From the NCBI GenBank assembly GCA_964016885.1, contig OZ024761.1:18476001-18540000 (forward strand): a stretch of 64,000 nt of DNA, written 5' to 3'. The notes below the pieces were generated by a model. It did no database searches and had not been told where the DNA came from. It saw nothing but the letters and a program-made list of their open reading frames with translations. Positions 53,561 through 64,000 of this stretch are shown in pieces (positions within the stretch are counted from its first letter, which is position 1; every line of letters starts with the position of its first letter). This stretch comes from Eledone cirrhosa (Eukaryota). The translations under genes and the position numbers were made by a program.

Positions 53561-54284
53561 ATATATATATATATATACATATATACATTGGTGTACATAA
53601 ACACATTAACACATACATTGATACACATCAACATATACATGTGTACAGTATGGTCACATAACCTCTGATAAAATCATAAGGGCACCGTAATGACATACAG
53701 CATTTCTTGGGCAATGTAAACCTGGCAGAGCCCATCTCACTTCAGGCTTGAATACAGCAGATATTTCCTCCAGAGAAAGATAGAAAGTGTGAGAGAGATA
53801 TAGAGGAAGAATCGACCCCAGTATTAGACTGGTACTTATTTGACCTCGAAAAGATGAAAGGCAAAGTTGACTTCAGTGGGATTTGAACTCACAGAGCAGA
53901 GAGCTGAAACAAGTACCAAAGTACTCCATTCGACGTTCTAATGACTCTGCCAATTTGTTGCCTTACATATCATCATCATCATCATCATCATCGTTTAACG
54001 TCCATCTTCCACGCTTGCATGGGTTTGGACGGGAGTTTTCCCACTTGAGACAAGATTTGTTGTCTTGCTCGCATAGGACTGTCTGGCGGGTTTTCTACGG
54101 CTGGATGCCCTTCCCGACACCAACCACGTTTACAGTGTGGACTGGGAGGTTTTTACCGTGTTACCTACACGGCAAAAGGTTTACGGGGTGCCCTACTCCC
54201 GACCAGTATCGAACTCCCAACCAGGATCACCACAGTCTATGATTCTCCCAACTGGGCCACAGAGACAACTACAATATTCATTCA

Positions 54285-54621
54285 TTCATTCATTTCATTT
54301 TACGTCCACTTTTTCCCTGCTTGCAAGGGTGGGACAGGAACTGATTCTGGCTTGATTTCTACAGCTGGATGCCCTTCCTAACACCAACCTCATTTACAGT
54401 GAGTGCTGGGTGCTTTTTTGCCGTGGCACCTCCACGACCACTTTGCAGTGAAATGATAGGGACCCCTGCCCCTATCATCTTATTTCTACAGCTGAGTAAA
54501 CTGGAGCAATATGAAATAAAGTGTCTTGCTCAAGGAAACAACACATCACCCGGTCTAAGAATTGAACTCACAACCTTTCGATTGCAAGGCCAATGCTCTA
54601 ACCACTAAGCCATGTGCCTCC
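54285..54621 (-). mobile_element. CORE-like SINE family 2, full length
   Basis: Reverse complement copy; partial copy also at 56622-56811. Confidence 0.88.
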
Positions 54622-54655
54622 ATGTATATATATATATATACTTATATATATTGTG

Positions 54656-54920
54656 AAGGCACGAGGCTTTGTGGTTAGGGAATTTGGCTCACGATCATAA
54701 GGTCGTGAGTTCGATTCCCAGTGGCGCGCTGTGTCCTTGAGCAAGACACATTGCTCCAGTTCACTCAGCTGGCAAAAATGAGTTGTACCTGTAGTCCAAA
54801 GAGCCAGTCTTGTCACATTCTGTGTCATGTCGAATCTCTCTGAGAACTACATTAAGGGTACACGTGTTTGTCGAATGCTCAGCCACTTGCATGTTAATTT
54901 CACTCGGATCAACAGGAACA
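54656..54920 (+). mobile_element. CORE-like tRNA-SINE of another subfamily
   Basis: GTGGTTAGG..GAGTTCGATTCCC boxes, GTGTCCTTGAGCAAGACAC core, different tail. Confidence 0.75.
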
Positions 54921-55815
54921 CTGGTCGTAACCGGCGGAGTGTCCTTCTCCACATGTATATATACTCTCATACATATCTCACTCACTCCCATCTCTGTCAC
55001 ACTTTTGTTTCGAATTTATTAGATCCCTGCTTCAAAACTGTTCGGAAAGCCAGTCATATACTGTGTCATGCTGAATCTCCCTGAGATTTACATTAAAGGT
55101 ACACGTGTCTGTGCAATACTCAGCTACTTACACTATAGTACAAAATGGAGTGCAGCTGTAATTCAAAGGGCCAGCCTTGTCACAGTATTTTACTGAGAAT
55201 TATTTTATTGGCATATGTATCTGTACTGTGATGTGGTGTGGTATAGTGGCAGGGTGTGGTATTGTAGGGTGCTGTTTTGGAAGGGTGTGGTGTGGTATTG
55301 TAGGGTGCTGTTTTGGAAGGGTGTGGTGTGGTTGTGAGCAAAGATCTGATAATTTGGTGTTTGTTTTAAGTAAAACTTTATTGCTGGGAAGTAAACATAT
55401 ATAAACATATATATGTATATACATACATATATGTATATATAGATATATTTATATATATATACATATATATGTATATACATATATGTATATATATATATAT
55501 ATATATTTATATGTATATACATACATATATGTATATATATAGATATATTTATATATCTATATATATGTATATACATACATATATGTATATATATAGATAT
55601 ATTTATATATCTATATATATGTATATACATACATATATGTATATATATAGATATATTTATGCTTTTATCGAGAATCTAATTGTAATACGTGACGTATTCT
55701 ATTCTATAGCGATTAGGTCTTCAAAATGTTTATTATAAACATACAGAATATTTTCGTATATTCTATGTCTATATTCACATATATATCGCTATTTCAGAGC
55801 ATTTATTCCAAGATA

Positions 55816-55863
<48 letters not shown>

Positions 55864-56105
55864 TATGTATATACATACATATATGTATATATATATAGAT
55901 ATATATATATGTATATACATACATATATGTATATATATATAGATATATATATATGTATATACATACATATATGTATATATATATAGATATATATATATGT
56001 ATATACATACATATATGTATATATATTTATATATATATATATATAGGAGGTGAGTTTTATTGTAGCACAATAAAAGTGTTTTTTAAGCTTCATATCATGT
56101 CTCCC

Positions 56106-56176
56106 TATTTTATCTGATGAGAACGCAAATATCATCCCATGATGATATTTGTTTTTGAAATGCGCATAATAAAATA
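56106..56176 (+). ncRNA. Type I hammerhead motif, family A4
   Basis: UAUUUUAU-CUGAUGA-(12-bp GCAAAUAUCAUC/GAUGAUAUUUGU)-GAAA-UGCGCA-UA^AUAAAAUA. Confidence 0.9.
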
Positions 56177-56983
56177 CTTGGAACTCTTTTAACCATCTTT
56201 TGATCTTATATTATATACATATATATGTATATACATACATATATGTATATATATAGATATATTTATATATATATTATACATATATATATAAATGTATATA
56301 TATATATCACTAACCCATGCTAGCGTGGAAGAACGGACGTAAAACGGTGATGATGATATATATATATACATACATACATACATACACAATATCCATTCTC
56401 TGTGATAGCCTTGATAGACATCAAGTCTCTATATCTACCCCTACCTCTTAATCTCTCTGTCTCCTTCAACATTACTTATCAGAAATAAAGGTTTCTTCCT
56501 TTCTACAGTAGCTGTGGTGGTGGCAGTGGTGGTGGTGCTGATGGTGTGGTGGTGAAGGTGGTGGCGTGTATGCATGGTTTCTATTCTATTCTCACATATT
56601 TGGGGTCACTCTATCCCAGATCCACGACCACTTTGCAGTGGAATGATAGGGACCTCAGTCCTATCATCTCATTTCTACAGCTGAGTAAACTGGAGCACAT
56701 GTGAAATGAAGTGTCTTGCTCAAGGAAACAACACATCACCCGGTCTGAGAATTGAACTCACAACCTTTCGATTGCAAGCCCAATGCTCTAACCACTAAGC
56801 CATGTGCCTCCTATATATATGTATATATATATATATAAGGATTAGAATACTGGAGCGTGTTGGAGTCAAACACCCTCTTCGTATTATAGAAATGACAGTA
56901 AAAGGTATAGCTCAATGCAGTTAAACAGAGCCAAAAAATTAAGAGAGTAAAACAAAGAATCCTTTAATACATCAAAAGTTTTT

Positions 56984-57028
56984 ATTAGCCGACAATGTTT
57001 CGTCCTATTAAGGACTCATCAGGGCAAT
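56984..57028 (-). ncRNA. Canonical minimal type I hammerhead motif (family D)
   Basis: AUUGCC-CUGAUGA-GUCC(UUAAUA)GGAC-GAAA-CAUUG-UC^GGC(U)AAU. Confidence 0.92.
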
Positions 57029-57310
57029 CAAAACAACAAGAGGTAATATCGGCAGATACAAGCCGGAAACTCTGAAGAATATGGAGTGTACATACACTAA
57101 TGTCTTACAAAAATATATGATAATAAAAATTAAAATAAAAATTAAAATAATAAAAATATATAATAAGAATAACTAAGGATGTAGATAACATTAATGTTTG
57201 TGTATCTGTGTGTATGTATATATGTATTTATGTTTGTGTATGGTATGTATGTAACTAGGTGATGGGAGTGATATATTGATAACTTTTTATAGTTCAATTG
57301 TTCTATATAT

Positions 57311-57387
<77 letters not shown>

Positions 57388-58816
57388 TACATATATATAT
57401 ACATACATATATATATATATGTATGTGTGTGTGTATAATAATTATATATAGATGCATAAAGTAAGTTTGTTCCAAGGAGTATACTAAATATAGCCCAGCC
57501 AGTCAGACCATTGGAGGTGGTGGTGATAATGTGATAATATTGGAGGTGGTGGTGAAGGCGGCAGTGGTTATATGATGCTGATGGCGGTGGTGGTGGTGTT
57601 TATATAATGAAACCTATGGTGGTGGTGGTGATAATGTGATAATATTGGAGGTGGTGGTGAAGGCGGCAGTGGTTATATTATACTGATGGTGGTGGTGATA
57701 TGATGATACTTATGGTGGTGGTGGTGGTGTTTATATAATGAAACCTATGGTGGTGATAATGTGATAATACTGGTGGTGATGGTGGTGGTTCCTTATTTCT
57801 ATTTCCTATTTATTGGGCAACAGGGAGGGGACATTGTCAGTTAGGACAAAATTCCTTTGCATGTACTATGTGAGTGTGTGTGTGTATTTTTAATGGTTTT
57901 GATGGTGGTGGCAGTAGTGTTGTTGGTGGTGGAGGCAGTTATTGATAACTAAAATATATATACACATATAATCTCATACTCTCAGGTCTTGAATACTGTG
58001 CCCCCCACCCACTTACCCCACCCAGCTTATTGGATTTTGTTAATCTATCTCTGGTGAAATATTATTCTAAGTGATAGATACAGCAGCTGGAGAATCTAAT
58101 AATAATTTTATTTTACATTAAAAAAAAAAACATTATATATAACAAAAATAGAACATTATAAGAAATGCCATATTTACTTATGAACACTATACAATTACCA
58201 ATTCTCCCCCCTATTATTTAAATTATAAGAATGTAAGCAAATATCCAACCCCACTATTATTTGGAATCCGACAATATACATACATACAATCTCATAGATT
58301 GACTGTTTTGAAGGAATTGCTTCAACTATTTTGTTAGAATATTTCTCATGAAAAACATTATCAATAATAATCTTCTTTTTTTTTTAATAATTAAGAATTT
58401 TGAAGGATTTTTTTTTAAAATTATGTAAGAACCTTTGTTCAGTTATGTTCCAAACATCATCTTAAATAATGATAAAGTTAGTTATTTTTCATAAATTCTT
58501 TGAAATTCTTCAAATTAAGAATTTCGAAGGATTTGATTTTATCTTATGTAAAAACCTGTGTTCAGTTATGTTCCAAACACGAACTTAAATGATAAAGTTA
58601 GTTATTTTTCCTAAATTCCTTTAAATTCTTTAAATTCTTCATTATTTTCAGTTATTTTAAAATCCTAAGCAATGTTTTTTTATTATGAAATACAGTAATG
58701 AAAGGGGTAAAATTCTATGAAAAATCAAAAACAAAATCTATATGTATATATTTCATTTATTTATTTATTTATTTCATTCTTAGCTAGAAATTGTGATGTT
58801 ATTCCCAATTCATGCA

Positions 58817-58853
<37 letters not shown>

Positions 58854-58856
58854 AAT

Positions 58857-58908
58857 GGCTTCTACAGGACTAGAACTGTTTCATTCGAAGGAAATCATCA
58901 GGAAAGCC
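58857..58908 (-). ncRNA. Type I hammerhead motif, family B
   Basis: GGCUUUC-CUGAUGA-U(UUC CUUC GAA)U-GAAA-CAGUUCUAGUCCUG-UA^GAAGCC. Confidence 0.78.
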
Positions 58909-58961
58909 CTGATGTATTGAGTATGTTACTTACTGTGGTTACCCCTAATTAAACCTGGGAT

Positions 58962-58991
<30 letters not shown>

Positions 58992-58992
<1 letters not shown>

Positions 58993-59182
58993 GGAAAAGA
59001 GTCAGGCCCCGACGGCTGAGCTCCAGCCATTTCGACAGCTAGATCTGAACTAGCCATCAAAACGGCTGGAGCTCAACCATCGGAGTCCTGACTATTTTCC
59101 TATTACCCACTCTACTATTCGAAGTATTGAGTACTCTGATGCGTTATGGTACATCTGGTTCCTTACCACACTTACTTTGTTA
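58992..59182. mobile_element. Family C fold-back element (diverged)
   Basis: Imperfect palindrome 58992-59101 plus shared tail. Confidence 0.65.
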
Positions 59183-59364
59183 TATATATAGATATATATA
59201 TATATAGAGAGAGATGTAAAACCTCGACTGTGGTGCCAAGTGGTTTCGGCTTGTGTGTTGTGTGTATATATGTGTATATATTGTGTGTATATATGTGTAT
59301 ATATATATATATATGTAGAGGTTATATTTAATTTGTTGGGATACAACAAGCAAAATATATATTG

Positions 59365-59432
<68 letters not shown>

Positions 59433-59733
59433 GGCGATGAATTAGTTTTGCGAGGTTTTTTATATGAAATCGTGTGTCGAAACAAATATTGTTATACTTG
59501 GGGAGGGTCATATTACACAAATATGACCCTCCCCAAGTATAACAATATATATAAATGAAAATATAGAAATTATTGTGAGCAAGAAGCCAACAGTATTTCA
59601 TAATTTATAAGTGACTATAACGTCAAAATGGAAAAAAAATTAACGGAAGATATGGGAAAATAATTCAAACTCAATTAAAAAAAAACCAAGACAGATATAT
59701 ATATATATCTATATATATATATATATATCTATA

Positions 59734-59768
<35 letters not shown>

Positions 59769-60059
59769 TTGTCTTACAAACTACCCCCTCTCTTTTATTC
59801 ACATAGTGTTGCTTTCAAACCACCTCCCTCTATCTCATATTCATATATATTTATATTTTAATGGGTTTATTTTGGATAAAATGTCTTCATTTTTTTTTGG
59901 GGGGGGGGGGGGTTACTAAAAAAGTTTCAATGAGTTTCTTCCTCATATTTCCTACACATCGGCTGATTCTACCGTCGACAACAACAACAACAACATTTCA
60001 GCTCTTGGAAACAACATTAACAAAATACCCCCCACCAATTTACATAAATATTGGTTATT

Positions 60060-60605
60060 TCACTCTTTCTCACTCTCTCACTTTCTCTCTCCCTCTCTCT
60101 CATGTTCTGCCTCTCTCTTTCCCACATTCTACTTCTCTCCCCTTATTTTCAGTCTCTCTCTTCTCTCTCTCACTCACACATTCTGCCTCTCTTTCCCTCT
60201 CTCACTTTCTCTCTCCCTGTTATTTTTTCTGTCACCTTTTTCACCTCTCTTTGCACCCTCTCTCTCTCTCTCTCTCTCCTTCCTTCTCTTACACACCTTT
60301 CCATCCCCATTTGCTTTTTTCCCCTTCTCTTGCTCACTTTCCTTCTCTTTCATTTTCTTTTCCTTCTTACACATTCCTTCTCTCTCCTCTTGCTCTCTCT
60401 CCTTTCCTTCTCTTGCACTCTCCCTCACCCCTCCCTTCCTTCCTTCTCTTGCACTCTCCCCCTCCTCTTACACCCTCTTTCCTGCTCCTGCCACCCCTCA
60501 TATCCTTCTTATGTTCAATGATACTCTAATTAAATAAACTGTTGAAAGAGAAGGAAAGAGAATCCCCCCCCCTCTCTCTCTCTCTCTCTCCCTCTCTCTC
60601 TCTCT
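60060..60605. repeat. CT-rich polypyrimidine low-complexity tract
   Basis: Direct reading. Confidence 0.85.
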
Positions 60606-62075
60606 CCAGAACATCCTAGTATTTACATGCATGTTGTGTTTGAATGAATGTGTCTGTATGTATTTATATATATATATATATGTATGTGTATGTATATATA
60701 TGTGTGTATATATATGTATGTATGTGTATATATATGTGTGTGTGTGTGTGTATTTATCTTTCTATATATTTATGTGTGTGTGTCTGTATATTTGTGTGTA
60801 TGCCTCTCTATGTGTCTGTGGACCTGCGTATATGTATGTCTCTATATTTATCTGTATGTGTGTGTATACCTCTATATGTATCTGTATATATGCCTGTGTA
60901 TATGTATGCCTTTATATTTATCTGTGTGTGTGTATACCTCTATATGTATCTGTGTATATGTATGCCTTTATATTTATCTGTATGTGTGTGTATACCTCTA
61001 TATGTATCTGTATATATGTATGCCTTTATATTTATCTGTATGTGTATATATGTCTATCTGTCTGTTTCCTCCAATCCAATTTCCTAAAAGTGTCCCATTC
61101 ACTGCTGACTCAGTTTGTCTATACAACAACAACAACAACAGCAACAACAAAACTGCTAACTGAACCTACAATTAAATGCCTCTATCCACCCCAGCCCCCG
61201 TTTATTTATTATTTTTTTTTTTTTCAATTTTATGTGTATTTATGTATTTTTCTGTATGGATGAGTGGGGTGGGTTGTGTTAAATTCTCACCCTATTCATA
61301 CACACATATATTTTTATATATTATATATTTATTTTATTTTATTTTATGTTGTCGTGTTTAAATCTGTATGTTCCGTAGTATAAAGGTTAGGTGATGGTAG
61401 TTACGGAATTGTTGCTGGGAGTAGTAAGATGGCGACGGCGTCGTTGATGGTGACGATGTCGACGGATATTTCATTCATTAATTTTCCCCCGTTACGTTCC
61501 AGCTGTTGTAGGTGGGTGGTGGGTGTGTTGGTGATGATGATGGTGGCTGTAGTGGTGTGGTGGTGGTGGTGGCTGTAGTGTTGTGGTTATGATGGTAGTG
61601 TGTTGTTGTTATAGTGGTGATGGTGTGTTGTGGTAGTTTGATGGTGTGTGGTGGTGGTGGTTGTGGTTGTAGTGATGTGGTGGTGGCGGTGGCTGTAGTG
61701 TTGTGTTGTGGTTATGATGGTAGTGTGTTGTTCTTATAGTGGTGGTGACGGTAGCTGTAGTGTTGTGGTTATGGTGGTGTGTTGTCGTGGTGCGGATGTG
61801 GTGTGGCTGTGATGGTGGTGCGGATGTGGTAGTGGTGGTAGTGGTGGTGGTGTGGGTGTGGTATGATGTGGTGTAGCTGTGGTTGAAGTGGTGATGGTAA
61901 GAGCAAAAGGGGAAGGAATAGGGAGCTGTGAAGCAGACGATAATGGGAGAAGGGGGATGAATGAACGAAGGGGTGTCGTACTGGCATATTTCGGAAGGAT
62001 GGAATGCCAGGGTCGTGTGCAATTTATGGGAGAGAGAGGGAGGAAGAAAAGGAGAGACCTAAGTTATTTAGCAGG

Positions 62076-62115
<40 letters not shown>

Positions 62116-62431
62116 ATACATACACACACACACCAATATGTCGTATGTTTGAGGGTCAGGGTGGAGTGATCTCTCTCTACCGTAATCACTTTCCCCTTTC
62201 TGTGTGTCTCTCTCATACACACATACACACTCACACATATAGATATATACATACATACTCCTTTCTATCTCCGTATTTCTCCCTCATTCGTACGTTAAGG
62301 GATCAATCAGGTGATTCATGTTTCTGCGTGTGTGTGTGCATATATATATATATATAACGAAGGAAATGTGGTAAGGAACCAGGTGGACCATAACGCACCA
62401 AAGTACTCAATACTTAGGGTAGTACTCATTC

Positions 62432-62494
<63 letters not shown>

Positions 62495-62835
62495 TGTGCG
62501 TATATATAAATTATACTATCCTTAGGTTTCTTGAATTTTGAATTACACACACACACACACACACAATAAGGAGGACTAAAGAATCAATATAGCATCATTA
62601 TGTTTATTCACACACGGCGCACGTTTCGCGATCGATCAGCTCAAGGCACGATCGTTATTGATCGTGCCCGACTTCATGTATGTGTGTGGAGTGTCTGCGG
62701 TGCTAAGGCCGGTGGAAAGACCGTATTCGACCGCCAGCCCCTATGGTGTCTGCTCGTGACTTCACACACACACGAGCGTCTTCAGGAATCTTACTGGAGA
62801 CGCTCGTCTGTGTGAAGTTTTTACGAGCAGAAACC

Positions 62836-63084
62836 TTCTTCGCCCACTTATTGCTGAGAGGGTCGTGTGGAGGGCAGATTCCTCCAGCACTCCGTCCAGC
62901 GTGTCCTACCAGAACCAACCGTCTCTAACTGACCCGGCTGGATCCCCAAGCGTGACCAGCCAATCTCATGGATGTTTTCCAGCCATCTTGCTCGGGGTCT
63001 ACCAGTCTCCCGCTGTCTGTTGGTTTTGCCCGTAAAATCCGTCCAGCGATTCTTTCTGTCCTGAGACATTCTCACCACATGCCC
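62836..63084 (-). mobile_element. RTE-clade LINE 3' fragment
   Basis: GHVVRMSQDR...RETGRPRARWLENIHEIGWSRLGI. Confidence 0.85.
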
Positions 63085-63149
63085 AGAAACCGACTCGTTA
63101 TAATAGATATAGATATATATATATAAGAAAATTATTTAACAGAGTACTT

Positions 63150-63338
63150 TAAGGGCGGTGAATTGGCAGTATCGGTAGAGGGTTGGATGCCATGCTTTGA
63201 TGCATAGAGTTACGGCCCTTGCCATTCTGAGTTCAAATCCCGCCGAGGTTAACTTTGCCTTTCATCCTTACGGGGTCGATAAAATAAAGTACCAGTAATG
63301 CACTGGGTAATTGCTGGCCTTGTGCCAAAAGTAGAAAC
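63150..63338 (+). mobile_element. Family 1 SINE with TSD, inserted into a family C tail
   Basis: AATTATTTAACAGAGTACT duplicated on both sides. Confidence 0.88.
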
Positions 63339-63697
63339 AATTATTTAACAGAGTACTCGATACTTGGGGTAGTAGAGTATGGTTATAGTTTATACTATAA
63401 AGAGACAGGACCCGACGACTGAGCTCTTGCCGTTTCAACGGCTAATTCCAGACCAGTCGTTGAAACAAGAGGTCAGCCGTTGGGTCCTGACCCTTTACCT
63501 GAAGTGTCGTATACTCTGTTGAGTAACGGTCTAACTAGTTTCAAACTGAATCCATCCTGAGATATATATATGTGTGTGTGTGTAGATTGCAAAATTGGCA
63601 ACAGGTAAAAAAAAAACTGCTGATCCATTGGGGGGGGGGGGGTCATAGTGTGCGTATACATACATATAATATATATTTATACATACACATTTATGTA

Positions 63698-63729
<32 letters not shown>

Positions 63730-63760
63730 GTCAATATTTATAAAACTGCTCTATATTATT

Positions 63761-63821
63761 TTTTATCTGATGAAAGCACACCATAATTTAACTTGGTGTC
63801 CTTGAAATATGTATAATGAAA
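63761..63821 (+). ncRNA. Type I hammerhead motif, family A
   Basis: UUUUAU-CUGAUGA-(ACACCA/UGGUGU)-GAAA-UAUGUA-UA^AUGAAA. Confidence 0.85.
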
Positions 63822-63859
63822 TAAATATGGTTTTATAAATATAGTTTCCATTTGTTAAT

Positions 63860-64000
63860 GGATTGGCAGTATCGGTAGAGGGTCAGACACCATGCTTTCC
63901 AGCATAGTTAACGTCCCTTTACGATCTGAGTTCAAATCCCGCCGAGGTTGACTTTGCCTTTCATCCTTACGGGGTCGATAAAATAAAGTACCAGTAATGC
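63860..64000 (+). mobile_element. Family 1 SINE (runs off the window)
   Basis: Head, B-box and Meta-like core. Confidence 0.85.

Noticed and set aside
55660-55810. TA-flanked island with small hairpins as a hammerhead
   Set aside because: Core too degenerate and no stem I
61480-61516. 9-nt microexon (TTCCAG|CTGTTGTAG|GTGGGT)
   Set aside because: Splice-like strings are common by chance next to a GT-rich repeat; no supporting evidence

Overview
AT-rich eukaryotic non-coding DNA packed with microsatellites ((TA)n, (CA)n, (CT)n, (TATC)n, (CAC)n), minisatellites, tRNA-derived SINEs, 5'-truncated LINE ends (RTE, CR1, Tx1-like), decayed Tc1/mariner transposases and MITEs. The repeat content suggests a cephalopod (Octopus-like) intron or intergenic region; that assignment is inference. 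No intact protein-coding gene is supported, and nearly all ORF-track entries are translated simple repeats. The main signal is a dense set of short ORF-less elements lying mostly in (TA)n tracts and carrying type I hammerhead ribozyme motifs. I count 12 with an intact CUGANGA/GAAA/NUH core, plus several mutated or half copies, in about 7 sequence families. Many are arranged as inverted fold-back palindromes whose centres fall on ribozyme helices, and several families share a GTATTGAGTAC tail motif. This fits remnants of Penelope-like or retrozyme-like elements. All folding was done by eye and no activity is shown.
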